Below, one piece after another: positions 17,307 through 27,164 of a DNA stretch of 64,000 nt. The first letter of the stretch is position 1. The number at the start of each line of letters is the position of its first letter. Source of the DNA: Patescibacteria group bacterium (GTDB taxonomy: Bacteria; Patescibacteriota; Microgenomatia; JAMCZE01); contig JAMCZE010000010.1 in NCBI GenBank assembly GCA_023485845.1, positions 20,160 through 84,159 of the forward strand, read 5' to 3'. The position numbers and the translations under genes are program-made. Below the pieces are notes generated by a model. It searched no databases. It worked only from the letters and a program-made list of their open reading frames with translations, and was not told the origin of the DNA.

Positions 17307-19154
17307 GTGTTAGACTTTCTCAAAAATTTTTTGATCTTAACGCCGGATTTTGGGAGGAGCGATGTTTGGCACTTCGACTTCGCCTTGAAATTTTTTCTCT
17401 CAGAAGCGCTGAAGAACGGCTACCTGCCGTTTTGGTCCAAAAATATCGGCACCGGGTTTCCCCTTTTTGCCGAGGGCCAAATCGGAATGCTGATGCCCGT
17501 CAATCTTTTTCTTTTTAAATTTTTCGACGCGGTCACCGCCTTCAATCTTGGACTCATCTCTATCTTTCTTACGGTTTTTATCGGCTCGTACCTGTTCGGA
17601 AAGGCTAGGGGACTGGCAAAACTTTCCGGTCTCTTTCTGGCCGTTATTTTCAGTTTCTCCGGGGTGTTTGTGACCCAAATGACCCATTTTAATCTGATCC
17701 AAGCCGCGGCCTTTTTGCCCTGGGAATTCTTCGCCGCCGAGGAATTTATAAAAAGCAACAAACTTCGTTATTTATCACTTTTTGGTACGGTGTTAGCCCT
17801 GCAACTTTATGCCGGCTTTCCCCAGGCGGCAATGATTTCCCTGATCGGGGTGGGGCTTTATGTTTTTTGGCGAAAACCCCGGGCCATTATCGGCATCGGC
17901 GCGGCAACAATGCTGGGGGCGGCGCTGGCTGCCCCGCAACTGCTTGCCTCCTGGCAGATTGCCCAGCTGTCGTTTCGCTCCAGCATTCCCGTGGCGGAAA
18001 TGGCCCGGTTTCCCTTTAATCCCAAAAGTTTTTTGACCTTCCTTAATCCCTATCTTTTAGGCGATCCAAGAATCGGGACCTATCCGCCGTTTTCCGCTGA
18101 CTGGGGAATTTTCTGGGAATCCACCGGCTATTTTGGCATTTTGCCACTGTTGCTGATTCCCCTTGCTTTCAAAAAAACACCAGACAAATCGATCTTAGCA
18201 ATTCTTGTCACTGCTTTTATTTTAATGCTGGGCCGCTTCACCCCGCTCTTTTTTGTTTTCCAGCTGCCGACGCTGGATTTTTTCCGCGTTCCGGCCCGTT
18301 TTATTCTTCTCTTTGTCTGGGCGCTGGCTGTCCTGGCCGCCAGCGGGTTTAATCACCTAAAAAATAAGGGATTACAAATTTTTATTCTGCTATTTTCCGC
18401 GGTCAATTTGGCTTTTTTTGCCGGCACCTATCACGGCGTCACATTGGCCGCCCAAAGTTGGCTGGCGCCGCCGGCCAATGTCCAAACCCTCTCCCGGGAT
18501 CATTCCTGGTTTCGCATCTACAGCATTGGGGCCGCTGACCCTTGGAACCAGGTTTTTTATAAAAGCGGCTGGAAAGACGTTGCCGCCTACAAACCGTTTC
18601 GCAATTTTCTGGACCCGAACCAAAACCTTTATTGGGATGTCCCTTCGGCCCAGTTCTACACCGCCGTCGCCAGCCGACGCCAAACACTGTTTGATGCCTT
18701 GATGGCTGCCGGCCCGTCGACCAAACTGCTTTCCCTGGCCGGAGTAAAATATTTTATTAAACCGGATTCGATCGCCACCTTATCAGCCAAACCCCATGCC
18801 TATTTAACCAGCCACTATGAGGTGGTTTCCGACCTGGAAAGCCTGGTGCAAAGACTAACCGACGCTTCCGACAGCGCCGCGATTGTGGAAGAGAAAGTCC
18901 CGGTCACGCCGTCAATCGCCGATTGCGGCCAGGCCCAAGTGATTAAAAACGAAGATTTGGAAGTGGATATTAAAATCTTTGCCAGCCGAGACTGTCTATT
19001 AATTTTATCGGACAGCTATTATCCCGGCTGGGAAGCCCGAATTGACGGCCGGCCAACAAAAATCTACCCCGCCAATCTTAACCAACGCGCAATTCTGGTT
19101 ATGTCTGGAAGTCATCTGGTTATCTTCTCGTTTAATCCTTTAAAAATCCTTTAG
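17307..19154 (+). CDS. YfhO-family polytopic membrane protein (GT-C-like glycosyltransferase)
   Basis: 615 aa; the N-terminal polytopic region is YfhO-like and is followed by a C-terminal soluble domain. Confidence 0.6.
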   Translation: MLDFLKNFLILTPDFGRSDVWHFDFALKFFLSEALKNGYLPFWSKNIGTGFPLFAEGQIGMLMPVNLFLFKFFDAVTAFNLGLISIFLTVFIGSYLFGKARGLAKLSGLFLAVIFSFSGVFVTQMTHFNLIQAAAFLPWEFFAAEEFIKSNKLRYLSLFGTVLALQLYAGFPQAAMISLIGVGLYVFWRKPRAIIGIGAATMLGAALAAPQLLASWQIAQLSFRSSIPVAEMARFPFNPKSFLTFLNPYLLGDPRIGTYPPFSADWGIFWESTGYFGILPLLLIPLAFKKTPDKSILAILVTAFILMLGRFTPLFFVFQLPTLDFFRVPARFILLFVWALAVLAASGFNHLKNKGLQIFILLFSAVNLAFFAGTYHGVTLAAQSWLAPPANVQTLSRDHSWFRIYSIGAADPWNQVFYKSGWKDVAAYKPFRNFLDPNQNLYWDVPSAQFYTAVASRRQTLFDALMAAGPSTKLLSLAGVKYFIKPDSIATLSAKPHAYLTSHYEVVSDLESLVQRLTDASDSAAIVEEKVPVTPSIADCGQAQVIKNEDLEVDIKIFASRDCLLILSDSYYPGWEARIDGRPTKIYPANLNQRAILVMSGSHLVIFSFNPLKIL

Positions 19155-20720
19155 GCTGGTTTTCGGGGCGGGGGAGGGGGAAACGGCCGGGTTGGGAGCG
19201 CCGTAGCCATAGCCATAGAAAAGCAGCGCCTGATCGGCTAAGGTCAGGTGAGCGGGCAGGCCGGATGGCGAGCCGGCAGAAAGCTCACCCCCGGGGAAGC
19301 CGGTCACGCCGGCATAAGCGATGGGCACCCTGTCAAGATTAGCCTCGAGAAAACCGGCAATCGAAGCGGTTTTGGGCAAAGAAATGTCCAATTGAGGCCG
19401 GACAGATTTAAGATAGCGAAATCGGTTGTCTGGCCCGATCATGTTGGGCATAATCAACTCCACATCCGGCCGAAAATGGTCCACATAGCGGGCATAGAAC
19501 GTGGCAAAAGTCAGGGTGTCTCCCTGGAGAAAAATCACCGCGTTTTTCGGCGCCGAGCGCAGCAGGTTTGCTCCCAAATTTAGAGCCAAGAAATTGCCGC
19601 TTTGGTTGACCAGCGGATAATGGTTAATAATTAATAGAACGACGTACCAGCCGGCGATAATTACCAAAAGCGGGGGGCGCAGCAGCTTCAGGCCAAAGGC
19701 AATAAAGACCGCCCAGAAAATGTTGGGCAAAAGATAAAACCGTTCGGTCACCGCCAGACCCATGATGCTGTAGTCATAAAGCGGGAAATTCGCGTAGGAA
19801 AGGAAAAAGATTCCGCTGGTAATAAAACCCAGTAGGAGAAAAATTGCCAGCCGGCGCTGTCTTAACAAGAGCCAAATCACCCCCAGTGCTCCCAAAAATA
19901 TTCCCAGCCAGAGGAAATCGTCGACCAAAAAACGAAAGTAGGTCGTCACCTGGGCGACTTTGTCGGAAAGAAGGGCCAGGGCCGGGTCCTGCCCGACGGT
20001 CGGGGAAAAACTGCCGTAGTCCGCCCGAAACATCAGCCGCGCCAGCGAGTCCAGATTGTCCGGAAAACTCCACATCAGCGGCCCGACCCGGGTTTTGGCC
20101 ACCACTACCACATATAGATAAGGAATAAGGCCCACCAGGGCAGCCGGAACAAACTTCCATTGCCACTTTCTTTGTTGCCACCACCAATAAAGCAAGGCCG
20201 GCACCAATAAGATAATCGTCAGATGGTGGAAGAAACCAAAACCAAAGAAAAGCGCCGCCCACACCCATTGCCGGCGCAACGCGAAATAAATAATCAGCAG
20301 GGCAAATAAATCGTTAAGGGCAAAAACTTCGGCCACCAAGCCATAAAGCCAAAAAGTGTAGGAAAACGCCAGAATCAGACTGCCGGCCAGGGCAGTTAGT
20401 CGGTTCTTGGTTAATTGGAAAATTAATAAGAAAAGGACGCTGACGGCGGCAGCTTGGGTCAGGGCGGAAAAAAGATTCACTCGCCAAGCCACCGAACCCC
20501 ATGGTAAGAGGGTAAAAAAATGCGCCACAAAAGTGTAGAGAGGATAGCCGGGAGGGTGGGGGATGCCCAGAGTATAAGCGGCAGTCACCAATTCTCCCGA
20601 GTCAGCCTGTGGCGCCACCGACGGGGCGATCATGAGGAAATAAACCAGCAGCGTGGCCAGTCCAACGCAAACTGCCCAAATTAATGGGCAGTTTAAAGAA
20701 AAGCTCTTCCTCTTAATCAT
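19140..20720 (-). CDS. DUF2723/TMEM260-like polytopic membrane protein (GT-C fold; putative protein glycosyltransferase)
   Basis: N-terminal SVAPQADSGELVTAAYTLGIPHPPGYPLY motif characteristic of DUF2723. Confidence 0.6.
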   Translation of the reverse strand: MIKRKSFSLNCPLIWAVCVGLATLLVYFLMIAPSVAPQADSGELVTAAYTLGIPHPPGYPLYTFVAHFFTLLPWGSVAWRVNLFSALTQAAAVSVLFLLIFQLTKNRLTALAGSLILAFSYTFWLYGLVAEVFALNDLFALLIIYFALRRQWVWAALFFGFGFFHHLTIILLVPALLYWWWQQRKWQWKFVPAALVGLIPYLYVVVVAKTRVGPLMWSFPDNLDSLARLMFRADYGSFSPTVGQDPALALLSDKVAQVTTYFRFLVDDFLWLGIFLGALGVIWLLLRQRRLAIFLLLGFITSGIFFLSYANFPLYDYSIMGLAVTERFYLLPNIFWAVFIAFGLKLLRPPLLVIIAGWYVVLLIINHYPLVNQSGNFLALNLGANLLRSAPKNAVIFLQGDTLTFATFYARYVDHFRPDVELIMPNMIGPDNRFRYLKSVRPQLDISLPKTASIAGFLEANLDRVPIAYAGVTGFPGGELSAGSPSGLPAHLTLADQALLFYGYGYGAPNPAVSPSPAPKTSLKDF

Positions 20721-20734
20721 GAGATTCTCTCTTG

Positions 20735-21178
20735 TTATTGCGGACTCGCAAACACGGCTGATCCGCCACCTTCCTTATACACAACCACTGAGTATCCTGT
20801 CTTCACACTGGAATATGAATAACTCGGCAGAGTGCCGGCACCACATGGCCACCATTGTGAGGCGCTGAAGGCACCTTGGGTTGTAAAGGTCTTCTGACCT
20901 GTTCCACAACCTGGATCTACCATTGACGATAGATAATTCCCAGTTGTTAGAGAGACATACATATCAGAAAAATTACCCCCGGAATTCGGATAGCCATTAT
21001 TATCTCCGTTATATCTCTCTAAGGATGCACGCACCGCGTTGGCCATCTGTTCCCGCTGGGTGTCCCGAGCGGACTTCTGGGCGCTGGTGAGACCAAACAA
21101 GGAGATGGTTGCTAAAATCGCGATCACGGCGATCACGATCATAAGTTCAATCAATGTAAAACCTCTATTTCTTTTCAT
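20735..21178 (-). CDS. pilA: type IV pilin (major pilin candidate)
   Basis: MKRNRGFTLIELMIVIAVIAILA prepilin leader plus hydrophobic helix; 147 aa. Confidence 0.75.
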   Translation of the reverse strand: MKRNRGFTLIELMIVIAVIAILATISLFGLTSAQKSARDTQREQMANAVRASLERYNGDNNGYPNSGGNFSDMYVSLTTGNYLSSMVDPGCGTGQKTFTTQGAFSASQWWPCGAGTLPSYSYSSVKTGYSVVVYKEGGGSAVFASPQ

Positions 21179-21245
21179 TTTTCACCTCCTTTTCAGAATT
21201 CTTTCTCATAATTAGCTTGACGGATTTTTTCACCCCTGTCAAGCC

Positions 21246-22457
21246 CTATTTAATCACGTTCACCAGATTAAACATCGGTAGTAAAACGGCGATGGCCAGA
21301 CCGCCAACCGAGAGGCCCATCACCAGAATAATGATCGGTTCCATGGCGGAGGTCACGGTTTTAACCCGCCGCTCCGCCGCCTCCTGATAGAACTTGGCCA
21401 AGCGGGCCAGGCTTTGGTCTAAAGTGCCGGTTTGCTCACCAATGGCCGCCAGCTGAGCCATCATCAACGGGAATTGGGGATAACGGTGCAGCGTTTGGGA
21501 CAACGGCAACCCTTTTTCCACCGCTTTAGCGCAGGCTTCGATCCCAGAACGGAAATGGTCGTTAACCATCGTTGCTGCCACAATATTGAGGGCGTCCAAA
21601 ATAGCCACTCCGGAAGAAAGCAGGGTGGCAAGCGTCCGGTTAAGAATCGTTAATACCGTGTCGTTTTCCAGTGGACCGAAAATCGGCACCCGGTAGCGCA
21701 GATTATTAAGCCAATAGTCCGACACTTTATTGTTGCGTAAAATTCGGTAGCCAACGGCCAGCAGGGCAATGGCAGCCAACACCAACACCAGATAGTTTCG
21801 AATGATCATGGAGATGCCGATTAAAATTTTGGTCGGCAGCGGCAGCTCGGCGTTAAATTGAGAATAAATAGTCGAAATTTGGGGGATAATCGTTGTCACC
21901 ATAAAAGCCCCGATGCCCCCCATCGCCGTGACAATAATCGCCGGGTAAATGAGCGCCCCCCGAACTTTAGACTTAAACTCCAGATCGGCCTCCAGGGTGT
22001 CGGCAAAATCCTCCATCGTTTCGCCCACTTTTCCCGATGCCTCGCCGGCTTTCACCAGATTAACGTAAAGATTATTAAAGATCTCCGGGTAACGGCTCAT
22101 GGAGGCAGAGAGCGAGTCGCCGGACTGGATGTCGTTTTGGATCGAACGGATCACTTGCGAAAAATAGCTGCTGCCAAACTGGTTGGCCAAGTTGGCCAGG
22201 GCATCGGACAGCGGCAAACCGGTTTGGATCATGGTGGCTAACAATCGGGTGAAAACAGCCACATCCCGGGCGGAAACCTTATTGCCGGTTTTCGGAAACA
22301 AATTAGTTAGGGAAAACTCTTTTTTTTGGGTCAGGGAAACCACCACCAGACCCCGTTCCTGCAGAATCTTGATGGCGTGCTTTTCATCCAGGCTTTCAAT
22401 TGTGCCGGAAACTTTCTTGCCGGTTTTGTCAATAACTTTATATTGGAACTGTTTCAT
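21246..22457 (-). CDS. pilC: type IV pilus inner-membrane platform protein PilC (GspF family)
   Basis: 403 aa with the duplicated GspF domain architecture. Confidence 0.85.
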   Translation of the reverse strand: MKQFQYKVIDKTGKKVSGTIESLDEKHAIKILQERGLVVVSLTQKKEFSLTNLFPKTGNKVSARDVAVFTRLLATMIQTGLPLSDALANLANQFGSSYFSQVIRSIQNDIQSGDSLSASMSRYPEIFNNLYVNLVKAGEASGKVGETMEDFADTLEADLEFKSKVRGALIYPAIIVTAMGGIGAFMVTTIIPQISTIYSQFNAELPLPTKILIGISMIIRNYLVLVLAAIALLAVGYRILRNNKVSDYWLNNLRYRVPIFGPLENDTVLTILNRTLATLLSSGVAILDALNIVAATMVNDHFRSGIEACAKAVEKGLPLSQTLHRYPQFPLMMAQLAAIGEQTGTLDQSLARLAKFYQEAAERRVKTVTSAMEPIIILVMGLSVGGLAIAVLLPMFNLVNVIK

Positions 22458-23506
22458 CCTTTTTGCACCAAGGAGCGCATTTCCTGCGCATTAGTCGCAT
22501 AGGCGGCCGCCATGTCAAAATCAATTTTGCCGGTGGCCACTAACCGGGCCAGGGCCAGATCGGCCGTCATCATCCCGGCGTCACCGGAGGTTTGAACAAT
22601 GTTGTCAATAAGATGGGTTTTGCCTTCCCGAATCACGGAGCGCACCGCCGGGGTGGCAGTTAAAATTTCCACCGCCGGCACCCGGCCGCCACCAATGGCG
22701 GGCAGCAACCGTTGGGAAATGATCGCCTCTAGCGAGTTGGACAATTGGAGGCGCACCTGAGCCTGCTGATTATCCGGAAAGACATCGACAATCCGGTCCA
22801 CCGTTTGGGCCGCTGAATTGGTGTGCAAAGTGGCAAAAACCAAGTGGCCGGTCTCAGCGATGGTGAGGGCGGCGGCAATGGTTTCGTAGTCGCGCATTTC
22901 TCCCACCAGCACCACGTTGGGATCTTCCCGAAGCGCCGCCCGCAGCGCTTGGCCCCAAGAATAGGTGTCAGAACCAATTTCCCGCTGAGAGACCAAGCCT
23001 TTGGCCGGGCTATAAAGATATTCTATCGGATCCTCAATGGTGAGAATGTGGCCGCCGCGTTTTTGATTAATTTCCTCAATAATCGCGGCGATGGTGGTTG
23101 ATTTTCCGTGCCCGGTCGGCCCGGTCACCAAAACAAACCCTTGGGGGAGGGTGGCAAAATTATGACAAATCGAAGGGAGGTTTAGCTCTTCCACTGATTT
23201 AATCCGCAGGGGAATAAGCCGAAAAGCCACCGAGGGAAGCCCTTTTTGAAAGTAGGCATTGACCCGAAATCGGCCCTCGCCAAAACTGTAACCAAAATCC
23301 AATTCGTGATTGGCCTTAAAAGTTTCCTGCTGCTCCGACGACAACAAAGGGGAAAGCAGGGCAGTGATCTGCTGCCCGGAAAGCGTGGGATAATCCACAT
23401 TGGAGAGTTGGCCGTCAACCCGAATCACCGGCCCATAGCCAGCCACCAGATGCAGATCGGACGCCTTCCGATTAATCGTCAGCTGCAATAAATCTTGGAT
23501 AACCAT
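22454..23506 (-). CDS. pilT: twitching motility ATPase PilT
   Basis: GPTGHGKSTT Walker A plus the Asp/His boxes. The tool ORF starts at a TTG at 23515; I prefer the ATG at 23506. Confidence 0.85.
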   Translation of the reverse strand: MVIQDLLQLTINRKASDLHLVAGYGPVIRVDGQLSNVDYPTLSGQQITALLSPLLSSEQQETFKANHELDFGYSFGEGRFRVNAYFQKGLPSVAFRLIPLRIKSVEELNLPSICHNFATLPQGFVLVTGPTGHGKSTTIAAIIEEINQKRGGHILTIEDPIEYLYSPAKGLVSQREIGSDTYSWGQALRAALREDPNVVLVGEMRDYETIAAALTIAETGHLVFATLHTNSAAQTVDRIVDVFPDNQQAQVRLQLSNSLEAIISQRLLPAIGGGRVPAVEILTATPAVRSVIREGKTHLIDNIVQTSGDAGMMTADLALARLVATGKIDFDMAAAYATNAQEMRSLVQKG

Positions 23507-23578
23507 AAAAAACAATTTAAAATTTACAATTTGAAATTTGAACTAAAACTTTTCAATTTGAAATATTTAATTTTCAAT
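23507..23578. repeat. ATTTGAA-type heptamer array, the left arm of a hairpin element flanking the four-helix-bundle ORF
   Basis: aaatttacaatttgaaatttgaactaaaa here is the inverse complement of a segment in 23943-23992. Confidence 0.7.
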
Positions 23579-23942
23579 CAGATTTTGTTGAATAAGCAAT
23601 TTTCCCAAATATCAGCACGAATTCCTGGGCCTCCTGATAAAGCTGTCGACACTCACCTTTAAGCTTCTCGTCATCGAGCGAGCCGCCAATCAACCTCAAC
23701 CAGTATACCGTTTCTTTTGCCTCTTTCTTACTAATAAAAATTTTATTTTGAAAATCCTTTTTACTTGAGGCTCCGTTTGCCTCCCGATAGTTGGCCCCGA
23801 TACTCGTTCCCGATCTGACCGCCTGATCAACTAATGGAATAGTTATCGAATTTTTAAGAATTCTCTTCAAAAACTCAATTAATTTCTCCGAAAATCTCGC
23901 GGTTCTTTCTTCCAAGTCGTAATTGTTTGATGATTGAGCCAT
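23574..23942 (-). CDS. four-helix-bundle protein (the family found inside 23S rRNA intervening sequences)
   Basis: 122 aa; ...VRSGTSIGANYREA... and ...KEAKETVYWLRL... are hallmarks of this family. Confidence 0.7.
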   Translation of the reverse strand: MAQSSNNYDLEERTARFSEKLIEFLKRILKNSITIPLVDQAVRSGTSIGANYREANGASSKKDFQNKIFISKKEAKETVYWLRLIGGSLDDEKLKGECRQLYQEAQEFVLIFGKIAYSTKSD

Positions 23943-23992
23943 TTCAAATTTTATATTTAGTTCAAATTGTAAATTTCAAATTTCAAATTAAT
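23943..23992. repeat. TTCAAAT-type heptamer array (right arm, inverse of the left arm)
   Basis: Read directly. Confidence 0.7.
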
Positions 23993-25688
23993 CCTGGGCG
24001 ACTCTAAGGACTTCCTCAATTGTGGTGACGCCTTCCAGGGCTTTTAGGTAACCATCTTGTTTCATGGTGATCATCCCTTCTTCCACTGCTAGCTTGGCCA
24101 CCGAGCCGGCGTCGGCATGGGACAAAATCAGTTTAGCAATTTTGTCCGACACCGGCAAAACTTCAAAAATTCCCACCCGGCCTAAAAATCCGGAATCGGC
24201 GCATTCCTTGCAGCCTTTGCCCCGATAGAGAGTGACTTTGTCCCCGTGATACATGTCTCCCAAAACGTTTTTAATATCTGCCGTCATAATTTCCGGTGGG
24301 GAATATTCTTCCTTGCAGTGCGGGCAAATCTTGCGCAAAATCCGTTGGCCCACCACGGCATTTAAAGAACTGGCTAAAAGAAACGGTTCGGCGCCCAAAT
24401 CCAAAAGGCGGGGAATGGCCCCGGCACTGTCGCTAGTGTGCAGGGTGGAAAAAACGAGATGGCCAGTGAGGGCCGCCTGAATAGCTAAATCGGTGGTTTC
24501 CTTGTCCCGGATTTCTCCCACCAGAATCACGTTGGGGTCCTGGCGCAAAAAAGAACGCAGTCCGGTGGCAAAGGTCAGCCCCGCCGCCGGATTAATCTGA
24601 ACCTGGTTGACGCCAGCGATTTGGTATTCCACCGGGTCCTCGATTGTCACGGTGTTCACCTTGGTGGAATTAATTTTAGACAGGACCGCGTAAAGGGTGG
24701 TGGTTTTACCCGACCCGGTCGGGCCGCAAACAATAATAATCCCGTGGGGGCGCAAAATGGAAATCTCCAAATTTTTCAGGGCCACACCGCGAAGGCCTAA
24801 CTCATCCAGCGTCGGCACGCCGCCGCTTTTGGGCAGAAGGCGCAAGACCACTTTCTCGCCATAAACCGTGGGCAAGGTGGACACCCGGACGTCCACTTCA
24901 CTGTCACCGGATTTATAGTTAAACCGGCCGTCCTGCGGCATCCGTCGTTCGTCAATTTTTAAATTAGACATGATTTTAATTCGGGAAACCAGAGCGTCAT
25001 GAATCCGCTTAGGCAATTCCAGCTTCTCGTAAAGAATGCCGTCGATCCGGTAGCGCACCCGGGTGTGGTCTTCCAGCGGCTCAATGTGAATGTCCGAGGC
25101 CCGGGACTTAATGGCAAAATCAAAAAGGGACGAGGCAATTTTGGCCACCGGGGCGTCGCGGATAATGTCCTCTTTGGCCGGACTACTGGTTGTCAATGAT
25201 GATTCGGGCTCTTTTTTTTCTTCTTCCAGGGCAGCTGACACCTCGGTGGTGAGCACCTGGCTGTATTTATCAGTGATGGCATTTTTAATCTCTGCGGCCG
25301 GGGCAATAAAGGGCCGCACCTTTTTGCCGGTCTTTTTTTCTAAAAAGGAGATAACCACCAAATCCAGCGGGTCGGCCATCGCCACTGAGAGACTATCAGC
25401 CGTCTTATCCAGCTCGAACGGGAGCACGTTATAGCGCTCCGCCACCGGCCGGGTGACCAAATTCAAAACTTCCAGCAAAATCACTTTATTAGCCAGATCG
25501 ATATAGGGGATGCCGTAAAGCTTGGACCGGGCCTGGGCAATCTGCATATCGGTGGCAAAGCCATGGTCAGAGAGAATCTGATCCACGGTTTTGCCGGAGT
25601 TCACCGCTTCCAGCTTCACTAAACCAAGCTGATCCGCCGTGATCACTTTGTCGGCTGCCAGAATGTCTTCCAGGGCAGTGGCATTCAT
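23988..25688 (-). CDS. pilB: type IV pilus assembly ATPase PilB (GspE family)
   Basis: 566 aa; GPTGSGKTTT Walker A, CxxC tetracysteine motif, N-terminal GspII domain. Confidence 0.85.
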   Translation of the reverse strand: MNATALEDILAADKVITADQLGLVKLEAVNSGKTVDQILSDHGFATDMQIAQARSKLYGIPYIDLANKVILLEVLNLVTRPVAERYNVLPFELDKTADSLSVAMADPLDLVVISFLEKKTGKKVRPFIAPAAEIKNAITDKYSQVLTTEVSAALEEEKKEPESSLTTSSPAKEDIIRDAPVAKIASSLFDFAIKSRASDIHIEPLEDHTRVRYRIDGILYEKLELPKRIHDALVSRIKIMSNLKIDERRMPQDGRFNYKSGDSEVDVRVSTLPTVYGEKVVLRLLPKSGGVPTLDELGLRGVALKNLEISILRPHGIIIVCGPTGSGKTTTLYAVLSKINSTKVNTVTIEDPVEYQIAGVNQVQINPAAGLTFATGLRSFLRQDPNVILVGEIRDKETTDLAIQAALTGHLVFSTLHTSDSAGAIPRLLDLGAEPFLLASSLNAVVGQRILRKICPHCKEEYSPPEIMTADIKNVLGDMYHGDKVTLYRGKGCKECADSGFLGRVGIFEVLPVSDKIAKLILSHADAGSVAKLAVEEGMITMKQDGYLKALEGVTTIEEVLRVAQD

Positions 25689-25710
25689 ACCACTTCAGGT
25701 TACACCATCT

Positions 25711-26892
25711 TTACTGCGGTTTCAACGAAGTAAATTTAGCTCTTTGTTTATCCCAAAACTTTCCCCGGCGGCAAAGTTTTGCCGCGTCGGTTTTATTGGC
25801 CAGGCACATTTCTACTGCCGCTTCCAAGAAGATGGTGTTTTGCGAACCCTTAAATAAGACGACATCGCCAGGTTGAATAAAAGTTTGGAGAAATTTTCCG
25901 GCTTGGAAGGAATTATCAAATTGCGCTTTTAACTTTGGGTTTTGCGGGAAGAATTGTCGACACAACGGCCCCACAGTGATCACGGCATCAGCAACTTGAT
26001 ATGCCTTTTTCGCCACTTCACGATGATATTTTGGTGCCAGATCACCAAGTTCTCTCATGTCTCCAAGAACGGCAATTTTTCGGGATAGTTCCTTCTTGAC
26101 CGTGTCAGGGTTGTCAGGGTGGAACCCTGACAGATCGTGCAGGGCATTCAAAACAGGCACGGGGGAGGCGTTATAACTGGAGTCGATTATTGTGCTGTTG
26201 TGAATGCCCTTAAAAATGCTGTTTCGTCCCGGTGGCGGAGAGAAGCGAGTGGCTAGTTGCTGGTGGCTAGTGGCCAGGGAAACGTCAAAAAGCCTGCCGA
26301 CAGCCCTGGCGGCGGAGAGGGAATCGCCGGAAAAATAAACGGTCTTGGCCCGGGTTTGAATATGAGTGCGCGGATCGTTTTTATTAACAACGGCCGTCCC
26401 GTCGGCGGGAAGAGTGGCGATCAGTTTGCCCTTTTCGGCGGCAATATTATCCACCGATTTCATCTGCATCGTGTGGGCGGGCAAAACGTTAAGAAAAACA
26501 CCGATCTTGGGTTGGACAATGGAAAGCAGATAGTCCATATTCTTGGGCCAAACCAGCTCATCAATGCCCATCTCGCACACTAAAATGTCAAATGAGCAAT
26601 GGGCAATGAGCAATGAGAATGGCGCCAAAAGAAGCACACGAATCCAGTCAAGAGGAGAGTAGTCTTCCATCTTTAGACCAAGAACAGACAGGGGGAGGCC
26701 GGATTCGGAGTTGGACGTGCCGGTGGTCCTAACCTGATATTTTGTTTTTAGAATCACTTCGATAGCCGCCACACAAGTGGATTTTCCGGCGGAGCCGGTG
26801 ACCCCAATAATAATCGGCTTAACCTGTTCCAGGCTGCGCCTAGCCCAAAAACGAAGGTAGTAAAGAACAGTCAGGGACAGCAACTTTTTCAT
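25711..26892 (-). CDS. murF: Mur ligase family protein, MurF-like (UDP-MurNAc-tripeptide--D-Ala-D-Ala ligase)
   Basis: IIGVTGSAGKST P-loop and Mur ligase middle and C-terminal regions; start chosen at MKKLLSL to avoid overlap with rpmG. Confidence 0.6.
   Translation of the reverse strand: MKKLLSLTVLYYLRFWARRSLEQVKPIIIGVTGSAGKSTCVAAIEVILKTKYQVRTTGTSNSESGLPLSVLGLKMEDYSPLDWIRVLLLAPFSLLIAHCSFDILVCEMGIDELVWPKNMDYLLSIVQPKIGVFLNVLPAHTMQMKSVDNIAAEKGKLIATLPADGTAVVNKNDPRTHIQTRAKTVYFSGDSLSAARAVGRLFDVSLATSHQQLATRFSPPPGRNSIFKGIHNSTIIDSSYNASPVPVLNALHDLSGFHPDNPDTVKKELSRKIAVLGDMRELGDLAPKYHREVAKKAYQVADAVITVGPLCRQFFPQNPKLKAQFDNSFQAGKFLQTFIQPGDVVLFKGSQNTIFLEAAVEMCLANKTDAAKLCRRGKFWDKQRAKFTSLKPQ
26587..26622. 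repeat. CAATGAG heptamer array, in-frame in murF
   Basis: Read directly: gtcaaatgagcaatgggcaatgagcaatgagaatgg. Confidence 0.75.
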
Positions 26893-26897
26893 TGGTG

Positions 26898-27074
26898 CTA
26901 TTTCCCCAGTTTTTCGTTTTCCTTGTGCTCTGTGTGTTTGCGGCAGTGGCGGCAATATTTGGAGAGGGTTATCTTCTCCTTGTTTTCCAGCTTATTCTTG
27001 GAAGTCACGTAATTGCGGCTCCCACAAACGGAGCAAACTAAACCAAACCTGATAACCGCACCTGCTTTTGCCAT
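26898..27074 (-). CDS. rpmG: 50S ribosomal protein L33
   Basis: [52 protein letters not shown], with the CxxC...CxxC zinc ribbon of L33. Confidence 0.8.
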   Translation of the reverse strand: MAKAGAVIRFGLVCSVCGSRNYVTSKNKLENKEKITLSKYCRHCRKHTEHKENEKLGK

Positions 27075-27095
27075 AATCAGATTATAGCGGAAATT

Positions 27096-27114
27096 CTTGT
27101 CTAAGACAAGAACT
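27096..27114. promoter_or_regulatory. perfect 9-1-9 palindrome ttcttgtct-a-agacaagaa in the divergent rpmG/mntA promoter region (operator candidate)
   Basis: Read directly. Confidence 0.3.
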
Positions 27115-27164
27115 CCTTGTCCTTGTCTTGGCAATTGTGATATGCTTTAATATATAAGAAATAT

